A DNA stretch of 64,000 nucleotides from Nemertoderma westbladi (taxonomy: Eukaryota; Animalia; Xenacoelomorpha): the NCBI GenBank assembly GCA_032718475.1, contig JAUCBJ010004319.1, forward strand, positions 1,276 to 65,275, written 5' to 3'. Below are positions 11,191 to 22,500 of this stretch, one piece after another (the first letter of the stretch is position 1; the number at the start of each line of letters is the position of its first letter). The notes beneath the pieces are model-generated. The model saw only the letters and a program-made list of their open reading frames with translations, was not told where the DNA came from and made no database searches. Both the position numbers and the translations under genes were made by a program.

Positions 11191-13319
11191 CATCGAACCT
11201 AATCGCTACCACATCAGACCCAGTCAGACCTAATCGGTACCGCACATGATCCAGAGATCCCAGACGACTCCACACAGTCCATTCCGATTGGTGGAAGAAT
11301 ATGTTGCATGATTGAATCCTCGGATCGCATATCGTGTTACTACAATGTCTCTTTCGATTGACAATTAGATGTTCGGTGATAAAACTCCATGGAATTCTTA
11401 AACCATACAGTCTATTGGGAATTCAATTGTCATCAAGCGTACAAAACACTCTTCTCCTCCTAGATGTTGGTATTTTTTTTGGTATTACATTATATCATTA
11501 TGCCAAATTAATAAACATAAATAAATAAAACAAACTAAAGTAAAATAACACGTTACGCTTACAGTTACATGTATGTTGCATTAACCAAAATAATAAGAAA
11601 ATCACTACCAATTCGGACCAAATTGGTGCCACATCGGAGCCACATCGGTGCTGATTGCGACCAGTAGCTTTGGTCCGGGCTGGTACCTTTTGAGTCTGGC
11701 TTGGAACTTGGGGGGAACTGGACGCAATAAACATTCCTCCCTCTCCAGGGGAAATTCGACGCAAATAACAGATTATTAATATCAAAAATAATAATTGTGT
11801 TTAGTTTATTGTTTTGGTTAATATAACGTGCCACTGCAACCTGCTCCTTTCCCTAAATTGAGAATATAACATTGAGGCGGGATATTAATTCGCCACATGG
11901 GATTTGCGTCCAGTCCCCCCCCCCCCCCCCCCCCCGTTTCAAATTATTTCAAACAATGCATTGATAACGTTTTCTCTTTCAAACTTCTTGCCTTCCCTTC
12001 CGCAGACTGGAGAACTGAAGATTGTCTCTAGTGCATGTGTTATATCAGTATATATCAGTCAGTCAGTATAGTATAGTATAGTATAGTATAGTATGAGTAT
12101 AGTATAGTATAATTATACAAATACAATAACTGCCAAGCTCATTGTGTATACCTGCAGACGGGTACAGTACTGTATAAATAGGGGCAATAGTCTCTGCATT
12201 AGATATTCTAGTATCTAGTACCTACTGCAGTGCAGTACCGGTTACCAGCCTGACCTGTTGTCAGAAAGACTAACAATTACTGAATTACTGATACGAGTTT
12301 GGTCAGTTGGTGCTGGAACTTGTTATTTACATCCTAAATTGCTATTTTGTGGCCGATGTGGCTCCGATGTGGCCCCGATGTGGTCCGATGTGGCCCCGAT
12401 GTGGTCCGATGTGGTCCGATTTGGTCCGATGTGGTACCGATTGGGTCCGATGTGGCTTTTAGACGGACCCGTGTACACTGCTGTACTGTACTTAGAATAT
12501 AATGGAATGGTACATTCTAGGTACTTTGTACTTTACTTTTAGCATATTGTTTAGTTTACAATTTACATTCATGTTATGTCTAACCTTACAGCCTTACTGC
12601 AGTACTGCCTTATGTACCCAGGAACCTGTGTGCTGTGTGTGTACGTAGTGCTGTTGCTAGTGTACGTACTGACTGACGTACGTGCCTGTACGCGTACGTC
12701 AAATGTCAGTCAGTCAGTGCCGTCAATACGTGCCATTGTATTTGTATTGTATGTAGGTAGCAAGGTAGGGTTTACAGGTTTAGCTGTTTAGGGCAGCAGG
12801 GCCTCCTACCGCTCAGCCGCTACCACTTTGAAAGTACTGGTAGGCCTATACAGCTCTGCAGCTATATACACGGTATACTGTTGTACTAGTCGTCTGGTAT
12901 ATATTATGCTGTTATGTTCAACAGTTTTATTCACAGATTCATGTTGCCATCATCTTATCATACAGAATTACTACTACATGTATCCTTCGACCAGTCTACA
13001 CCTTTCGCTTTATCATCGAATTCAATACATTTGACAGACTGACAGATGTCGTCAGATGTGATTCTGCGAATTTTGATTTGAAATTTACCTTTTAATGATT
13101 TTCAATTGTCTATTAATTTGATATGATATGATAGCAGGGTTTTGGTGCCAACAATGAATTGATAACTCCGCCTAAACTATCGTTGCTACTGGTAACAACA
13201 TTTACATGGTCTCGTTTGGGTTATATTACAACAACACCCAGTAACAAAAGCGTGACAGATCCCAATACCAACCAACCAGCATACACCGCCATAACCTTTA
13301 TTTGTAAAAATTCTCAAAA

Positions 13320-13581
13320 ATGCCATTTTTGTACAGAACTGTGGCGCCCAGTGAATTGAGTGATAAGAACCCTGGATTCACAGAGTTCAGTGACGTCACT
13401 AATGCATCGATTGTTGTGCTAATTCACCAATTATCGTCTTTGGTTCAGCACGCCGATGATATTTTTGAAGGAATTCAAACAGAGGCGCGGGAGGTAGCGA
13501 TTAAAACAAACCAGTTACAGAAAAAAATATTCAAACTCAAGTCTATAACTGACGCTCTCGACGCTAAATCTGTGAAAATAC
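13320..13581 (+). CDS. NHS: NHS-like exon 1 (WAVE-homology domain)
   Basis: ATG at 13320; donor C|GTGAGT at 13582; phase 1. Confidence 0.92.
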
Positions 13582-16500
13582 GTGAGTTTCTTACCATATT
13601 CTATTATTTCTATATTGAGCTCTTATCCTGTTTCTGGCTGTCTGGGGCGCTAAAATGTTAGCTTAAACTAATACAATTATTTATGAGTAATTTATTTATG
13701 AGATCTTTGTCTGGGCGTGGCAGTGGGCATAGAGAACTATTACTACCTTGAGACTGTGTGTAATGTGGTACCGGTATTTTAGTTGTTTATATCTAACTAA
13801 ACCATATCAGTTTCCGAGAATATTCGAATCTTCGTATTATTTTATTTTCGAATATATGTAATAATCATAATCATTTTTAAAAAGGGTTACATTATATGTA
13901 CTGTTTATGGTAAATGTCATGTATATACTATATGCGTAATGTTTAAACAATATAAACTCAAACCTTTTTTAATTAAGCAGGTTCCTTTGTTGTAACATCA
14001 CTTGTCTCTTGGCTTATGCCATGTCCTAGAATATAGTGCCTTAATTCAGGTATATATCAATACAGCCCCCCCCCCCCCCCCCCCCCTAAAAAAAATATTT
14101 TTGAAATAAAATCTCAATGAGATTGCATGAAATTCGAAACAGGGATACCCCCTTAATTACATAATTGTCATTCTCCAGAGGGAATGTTTTAATGATTGAT
14201 TACATACGGTATCTGTAATTGGGCGCTCGATATGTGTATGTTCCGCGCGATCTGGAAGATGATATTTGTCTCATATGTCGCTGGGCTACAATTCAATACT
14301 TTTAATAATACGAACACGTAGCTATTCATACATTAACTCAATATTCTAGAATATGGTATATTTATTAAATATAATAAAGTGGCCGGGCCCAGACGCTAAA
14401 TCATGCGATTTGGCAATTAAGTCTACGTTTATTTTTATTCTTCATTAATTAGTTAATGTTTGTTTGCTCGCAGCCGAGACCACATTAATGACCTTCGCTA
14501 GACGCACAAAGACCTGGCAAGGGATTTGGTTGGACGAATCCAGTGAACAGCTGTTCCTTAAATCATCGAGGAATTATGGCGTTCATAGAATGCATAAACT
14601 CGCGTGCAGTGATACATCCCAGGTTAGATTATCTATATTACTATGTATATTCATTCATTTATTGTTATTCATTTATTTTCTGATTATAACAGAACTATAC
14701 CCTTTCACTCCACTTCATACTGGATTATATACATACAGCATGTGGGGGTGGGGCCTTCGCGTATCACGTGAGATAAATTTACGCAGGTCCAAAGGTTTAT
14801 AAACAATACGGATTGGAAGACGGATTTTCACTTTCAGACAATTCATCCTCTAGCGGCTGGCTTGAGAACTGCAGACTGATCAGCTGCTATACAAAGATAC
14901 ATCGAATGGTCTACTGTAGAACACATCTGCAGGATATGTCAGATCCTTGGCGTAGTGATTAAATCCAGTGCCTTGAATTTATATCTCTCAAGAGGTCGTG
15001 GGTTCGATCCCTACGTTGGGGCTAAGACAGTTTTCGTTTCGGCACAAATGCTTTAAAAGGACTATCCAGGTTTCTGCCTTGCGTCATTAAATGGTAGCTA
15101 AATGAGTACTGGAGTTTCCTCTGGGGAGTAAAGTTCTGGTGGGCTCGCACTGGAAATAAGTCGGAAGACATTGTGCGTAATCCCTGGCTTATCGGCTTAC
15201 TTTTTCTATAGCGTGAACTGAATGGTGTCTCTGAAAGTGAAAAATAAAATCACAACTTTTGCTCTAATTGGTGGTTGGTTGTCTCTGATTTTATAATCTA
15301 ACACAACGACAATCCCCTAACTGTGTCAGTTTGTTGCTAAAGCTCCGCCTACTACGTGGCTCGCCCCACCTATATTATAAGCGTTACCGTACATTACTTT
15401 ATATTGTGTAAGTTGATATAAAATAATTCATTCTTGGCATCTATATACTTATCTCTGAGGGAAACAAGTCTATATCCGTTAGTTACAAGTTTTCTAGACC
15501 GCGACTAATAGCTGTCTAGCCGATACAAAACACCGACCTACCAGCCTACCACCATGAAAGCCGCCGCAAATACAATGTCTAAACGAATCTTCGTTAAATG
15601 TTACACAAAAGTCACTTCACAGAAATCAGGAACCACCCCCCCCCCCCACACACGCACACAAAAAAAGGCGACTCAAGTTCGAACACTCACCGCAACTCGC
15701 GCCATAAACGCTCGCTCCTTGGGCTTTCTATGATCTCTGTTAACCATTCATGTATTCAATTCTAATTTCCCATTAAAATAATTATATATTTATGAGTATA
15801 TTTTACTATATTATATATCTATAACTTCTGTTTTATCTCCGTATCTTTAGTTTAGTGGCTTTTCACTTTCGGTATTTTTTGAAGGGAATTGATTTATAAA
15901 ACAATAAATATATGATTTTAAAAATGTTCTGGTTCCCTTATTTTCGTTAATATTTGGGTACCTTGTGGCTTGTATTTAATTATTTAGGAGCGAAATTATT
16001 AGACTTTTTGATTTTATTTAATTCGCACTAAATGAAAGTTGTATTTGATAGTTATACCGCGCACTCAGCAGTGTCGCTATCGTAATACGCATTGCTTTAT
16101 AAATATTGTATCTAATTGACTTGTTGCTTCATAAAATTGTTGCCGTTGGGTAATCCCTCCAACCTTAACTACGATTTGTTATAATAATAGTATTGGTTGG
16201 TGTATCTTGATTACTCATGCGTGAAACTCTGTGACGCCGAAAGTCCAGCTAATCAATGAAACATGGGGCCCCCGAGTGGCCCCAGTTGCCTCCAGCCACT
16301 TGGGCGCCTAGTTACGCTTCTATTAGCGGCCCTGTTTACGATTTACGCCACTGTAAGTTTGGGCCGCCTTTTCTTTCCAGTTCCCTTTGTTGTGTTTGTT
16401 GAAGAGGGCCGTCGGCACACTTTGCCTGGCTGCGTATCTGGGGACATCCCCCCGCCTATTGGCTATCTCGTGTTAGATTGGACTCCCTGGCGTCCTATTG

Positions 16501-19500
16501 GTTGCCCAGTATATGTATTATAATAAATGGGCCCCATATAGCGCTACCCTTTGTATACGGGGGGTTATTGAACTCGCTCGGGCTCTGGTTCCCCAATCTG
16601 TCGGGAAGTATGTCCAATCTTCCTGAGTACCTCTCATGCGGTGGGCTCCATCGATTACGTTACTCGCGGACAACCGCTCCGGCTTACCGCGATCAGGTGC
16701 CGCTGATATGGAACCGCAATGCTTATCACCGATTCTACAATAATTAATTATTATCGCTTATATTTACATAGAGTATTGCATGTGTGTTCCACGTGTAAGG
16801 TATACTATATAATGTGTCACTGTGTGACATAGAGCTATAAGTTGGAGAGGTTCACCGAGCTTTCGCATGACGTTGTGACAAGGGTGTGTGGGTTCCGATT
16901 GTTATCATTCCCACACTGGTTGTTGTCATCCCAATTATCTCAAATAATGAGTTTACTTTCATTTTGAATCTACGAGTATAGACCAACCCAGGCTATATTA
17001 ACTTCAGTGTAATTTGTTTAGTACCGGTAACACTTAAAATATTAATGTTCAAAAACAGCCTGGGTGTTGAACTGATGGGGGTGTGGGGGGGGGGGGGGGG
17101 GGGGATATTAATAGGACGCTACATTTTGTGAGACAAATATACCAAGTCAAATTATCTTGAAAGTCACAACTATTTTTCGGGATGTTGTATGTACTGCCTG
17201 CTAATGTCTAATGGCCTATCTTTTTAGAATAGTATATGACTTACCAACGCGTATTATTAGGTCCGCGTATCGAGACCTAAAAAATTCACTCCGTTGCTGT
17301 TGTTGGTGTTGTTGTGGTTGTGGGTGAGTTTGAGTTCAATCCCACTTTGCCGTGAATTTTTTGGTACAGATGTAAGATTGGTAGTAAGCCATTCAAGGAG
17401 GAGGAGGAGCAGGAGGCAGTTTATGAGTTAGTAGACGCGGACCTTTACGCGATTTCGCGCTTAATATTTATTTATTATACTAACCCAACGCGTTTTCCAA
17501 CGTTTAGATTTTGGACACGTACGACACCTACCGTCGGGCTCTGCCGTCTCGGCGCTCCGGTATAAAGGATTCCGAATCGAACCAACGCTGGTTCAGTTCA
17601 TCACGCAGCACCTCCCGACTCCCGATACACGACGAATTGTTCGCAGCCGGAGATGAGATGCGACAGGAGCGGGGAGGGGGGTTGTTGCGACGGGTTAGTT
17701 GAGAGTGTATGAGCTGCTGGGTACCCGCTGTGTACCACTGAATACCACATTATTGATATTAATAATATCTTTGTTGTTATATTTTTTCTTCTAGTTGGTA
17801 TTTCGTAGGTTTTTTTTTACTCTCCTTTGTAAATTGATGTTTGATTTGGCTTACAAATCATGTCAATGAGTCAATGTTTGTTATTATAATTATTGGAATT
17901 TTAAAGGAACTGGCGAATTCAAGGGAAACGATTAATGATAGTCTGACTTTAATTGATGATAAATAATATTACATCTCTCCTGTCCTGTCTAGTGATAGGA
18001 AATATAAAGGTCGTGTAGTTTTGGGTTTCTCACATAGTAACACTTTATTGATAATTAATAATTGATTGCGGTTGAGATTAACGTGTCAGATTCCTTTTAT
18101 ATTCGGTATTTTCCTTTCCTTACCGAAATATAACATATTTACTTTTTTCTATTTTTTTCTCAATAAAGCTTTCTGTGTGTTGCAAGGTAACGTATAAACA
18201 ATATTCTTCAACATATTAACTCAATTTAAGTATTCGAGCTCCGACATATTTACTGACAAGAATGTTTTGAATTAATATCTGAGAATGATTAAACGATGAA
18301 TGCTATGTTATGTACTGCACTATATGCATGGTGGCATTAGGTCCTGTGATGTCCCAGTTGTTGTTAAGATATTATCTTAATATCTTTTCTAGTTTCAGTT
18401 TTATGTGTTTGAGTGTTTGTTAGGTTAGATGGACCTTTAATGTTTGCTAGTTGAACACCGGGACAATAGTAGGGACGGGGAGCATACTTAGGTGAAGCAT
18501 ACTGGCAGTATTTTGCAGTTATATTTCACATTGCAGTTTACCCAATGGGAGTTTTCTGGTTTTCACTTTGATCGAATTTGTCCGAGCGGCTAAATATAAT
18601 TAAAACAGTAAACTAATTAAATTAGTAACTGTGTTGTTACGAAGAAGTAGGAACGACCTGGGGCTATGAAACATTAAATTAGAAATAAATGAAATTTACA
18701 ATGGAATTTGAAGATCTGATACATAGATACATACACTGAAAAAAGTAAGTGGTGGTATTTTGTTAAAAAACTGCCGGTTTGCAAGAACTACCTGGGGTTG
18801 TTTTGCAACGAAAACCACCGCAGGTTGTTTTTACAAATCGGCGGTAAATAAACATTGCCAAGAACTGGCAGTTGTGCAAACCGGGGGTTGATTATCTCTC
18901 GTAAAACCGGCGGTTCCATAACCCCCAGTTGTTTAGAACCTAAAAATGCGTTGTAAAACCTCGGGTATTTTTTATCGCAAGAAACTGCCGGTTTCTGTAA
19001 CCTCAGGTTCTGGTTTAATGCAAATTCCCGGTCAAATACTTAATCGGCATTTATTAACCTATGGTTTACTGCTGGTAACTGGCGTTTCAACTATTTAAAA
19101 CTGCCGGTTTTCTCAAAAAACCACAGGTAAAACGGCAACCAAATAAACCAGTTTTTACGAAACCGCCGTTTAATTAACAGTCAACTGGCGGTTTTATTTG
19201 AGAAAACTGGCGGTAATTGTAATAAACTGAGGCTTTAATTTATTTATAACCTATGGTTATAAAAGAAAAACCCACGGTTAAAACGTACTAACCTGTGGTT
19301 ATAAAGAGCAAAAAAACTTATAAACCTGTGGTTATAATGTTTGGTTAGGAGCACAGGACATTCAGGGCACACACGAAGCTAAATGTTACAACATGGAGAT
19401 ATGGGGGGAGGGGGGTGAAAGCCTACCTTATCTAATCCCTACATCCTACCCTACGCTTACGGCCTATGGCCAATGCATACAATACTCTACATTAGGGTGG

Positions 19501-22500
19501 AGTGAAAAAGTGCATTTTTGAAATTTTGGGTTACAACATTGCCAAAACTGTACACTGGGTACTAAATGAAAAATTCCAAAATATAAAGTCATTTGGTTCA
19601 TTGCTACCCGTTCCTCCAAGCTTGAAAATTTTAGAATAGTAGCACTTTTTTTTAAGTTTTTCGAAAAATCGAGAAATGTTTTCCAATGGAGAAAATCCAA
19701 AGCAACATTGGGTAGAGACACATATGGGGGCATAAATGAGCCCATCAAAGTGTTAGTGAAATCGGAGCAGAGGAACCTGTTCCTCCATTGATAAATATTT
19801 CTGCATCCATGAGCTGAAATTACATGATACTGGTACCAAAATTTTACAATTAGAGTTCTATTTTGAGACATTAAAACAATTAGTTCATATATTACATTCA
19901 GTTATAGAATTATGTTCAGTTCATAACTGGAAGTCTTTCTTAGTATTAAAGTGTGGGCGTTGTCTCCGTGCCATGAGTCGGGAATGGATAATGGCATCTC
20001 TGTTGTCTCGTCCAAGAACATCTTGTGACACTTCACTAACGATACGTACCATTCGCTCCACACCTTGTGAGTGTCCTGGAAACTTAAACCCATCAAAGTT
20101 GTCTAGATCCATCGATTGGTCAACAAACCCACTTAGTTGGTCGGTTGCTATCTTATGGGTTATTGGAGGCTCAGCACGTGGAACTGTTTCTTCAGCCCAG
20201 TTAATCAGGTCAACATAATCAGCAGCTTCGAAGTTGACACATGGTACTCTAAACTGACGCACTGTAAGTCCAGAATCAATACTTAGAGCTCGTATTTTAA
20301 TTATCCTGCGGACAGCCAACTCTCGAATCACCTTTCTCTCATCACCTAGCATTCCAAGCAGGATATTCTCGGAGTGTGCCGCATATGCATTTCTTTGAAT
20401 CACTGGGTCAATAATTGACTTGATGTTGTCAGAGAGAGAACGGGTCCAGTGCACCAATGAGAACAGATTGTAGGGTGCTTGGTATAGATAAGGCATCTTC
20501 TTAATCTTGAACCACAAGGCAGAGTATATTGTAACTATGAAATGGACAATTGCTTTGAAGTCAGGTGTTGGGTCCAATGTGCTGACATACAATCGGCAAA
20601 CTCTATTTGCCAGCGTAACCCACCTTGAATGCGCCAACTTGCCAGGATCTTGCTTGGCAAGATTTTCAGGACAATGGCCCTGGATTATTGCAAGTGTTAT
20701 TTTATAGAGGTACTTCTGATCAGTGCTCAAATCGGCTATGATGTTATCTTCCAAGTTAACGAAGTTAGGTGAACTAATCTGGGCATATTTAACCACATCC
20801 AAAGTCTGGAGCTTTGGGATAACCTTATTATTTATCTGTTTCCCTATTTGTCCCTTAAAGCCATCTGGCCCAGACGTATCACCATCAATGCCCTTGAACA
20901 TATGGCGGAGCGGTAGTTCATTGATATGAAGCAGACATACAGCCCAATGCACTGGACTCTGGATGTGTTTCTCTAGAAGACAAATAACACCAGCTTTCTG
21001 TCCAGTATTTGTGTTAGTGCCATCGCAACCCACAACACAGAGATCACCATAAGACAGACCATTATCTTCCAAAAAATTGACTATATTATCAACAATTGTA
21101 GGCGCCGTACCATTCATTGGAGATATGTGACCAACATACACATTACCTGGTTCCTTAACTAAGACATAGTGGCTCTCATCTACCTTTTGTATATTGTTTG
21201 TTGTGGTATCTCGTTTTAGGGTGGTGTCTATCCTTCCATCAAAATAAAGCCCAGTAATGGCATCAGTATCACTTATAGCTTGACACTCTAAGCGTCGCTT
21301 TGCACGACATCTTCGTATTTTTGATCGGTCTGTTACCAAATTAGGAGTAAATTCCATCTCCTCCATTCCACAAATATCCTGAATCGCTGCAGTTGTTATT
21401 GCAGCAGCAGCACGGTCTGAAATACGAAATCTGTCTGCTTCACGGGATACATTGTCAAATTGGATGCGATTTTGTGAGCTTGATTGTTCAGGACAATCAT
21501 TGTTTGAAGGTTGAACATTGTCAGCACCCTCATCACCGACAATGCTACTGCAATCATCCTGGTCAATAGATTGAGACCCATCAGTTTGGTGTTCCAGTTG
21601 TCGCAAATTGCTGTGATATTCACTATGTTCTAAACTCATCCTATATTCCTCCCGTTTCTGTTTCGCTTGAAACTTTTGATCAACCCCACCTATATGTAAC
21701 GTGCGAGGTTCACGCTGGTCACCAACAAACTGAAGTTCAATGGGACTGATGTCACCATCTGAAACAACATCAAACAGCGAATCGAATTTCTTATTAAATT
21801 CATCAAGTCTATCTACAAAAAATGGCTGTATACGTCTACTCTTGTTGACCCCTTCAAGCTTAGACTGAACTAGTTCCCATTCACGCAGTATCTTCTGGAT
21901 AATACCATCTAGAGTATAAGCAGGAACACTGGCTTTATCGTATATATCCAATACAGATTTTGCTACAGTTTCTGCCATTGGTCTCAATTTAAGTTCCTGT
22001 TTATCCCAATCTACAGTTTCACGGTGTTTCTGTTTAACTAGTCGACAGTACCGAAGCACATCTCCCGTTGTTGGAAGTTGGGATCCTGGTAGCTCTGCTG
22101 GATAGCCATAGAACCGTTTCACAGTCTGCCTTGTATCCATAGTAGGCCTACTACACAGCAATAAAACACAACATATATTCAATAATTATGCCACTAATAT
22201 AGCAGATAAACCTTCAAATCACACTAACAGTAACACTAACAGATACAGCTGAGTTAAAAAGCTGGGTAAAAATACAACGGTATTGTGTCAGTCATCAAAT
22301 TGGATTGAGCTTAGGCCAATGTCAGTAGGCCTACCATACTGGCATCAGAATACCTACTCCAGTAGTGCAGTAGTCCTACTAGTTTTACGAACTTAAAAGA
22401 TCAATTTCTCCTAAACTAGTTTGAATTTCCCTCCATTTTTATATCCTTGGTACTTGTGGGGCGAGCCACGAAGTTGGCGGAGCCTTAGCGAATTGACACT

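Larger units (their letters stand above)
4403..12480. mobile_element. Fold-back / long inverted-repeat non-autonomous DNA element (arms ~1.6 kb)
   Basis: CAGTGTACACGGGTCCGTCTAAAAGCCACATCGG at 4403 is the exact reverse complement of the end at 12480. 4403-4780 plus 5865-~7070 is near-identical in inverse to ~10900-12480. The flanks ctgt/ctgt may be a 4-bp TSD; alternatively the ends are CACGGG...CCCGTG with a TA TSD. Confidence 0.8.

Noticed and set aside
6686-11202. Many overlapping repetitive ORFs (GPMWYRL / GTTSDPI / SDVVPIG)
   Set aside because: By-product of a stop-poor 21-bp minisatellite that is open in several frames on both strands.
13320-13581. WAVE/SCAR ortholog
   Set aside because: The MPF start, exon 2 sequence and downstream LPTPEE motif fit NHS/Gukh; the WAVE-specific YTNPxYFFDLW block is absent.
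16260-16745. GC-rich island with two ATTGG boxes and possible TGTA...TACA ends (solo LTR or exon)
   Set aside because: No TSD, no second copy, and no recognisable protein; it cannot be classified from the sequence alone.
19464-19871. Pair of similar ORFs (19464-19871 minus, 24177-24470 plus)
   Set aside because: These are translations of the hATm TIRs.
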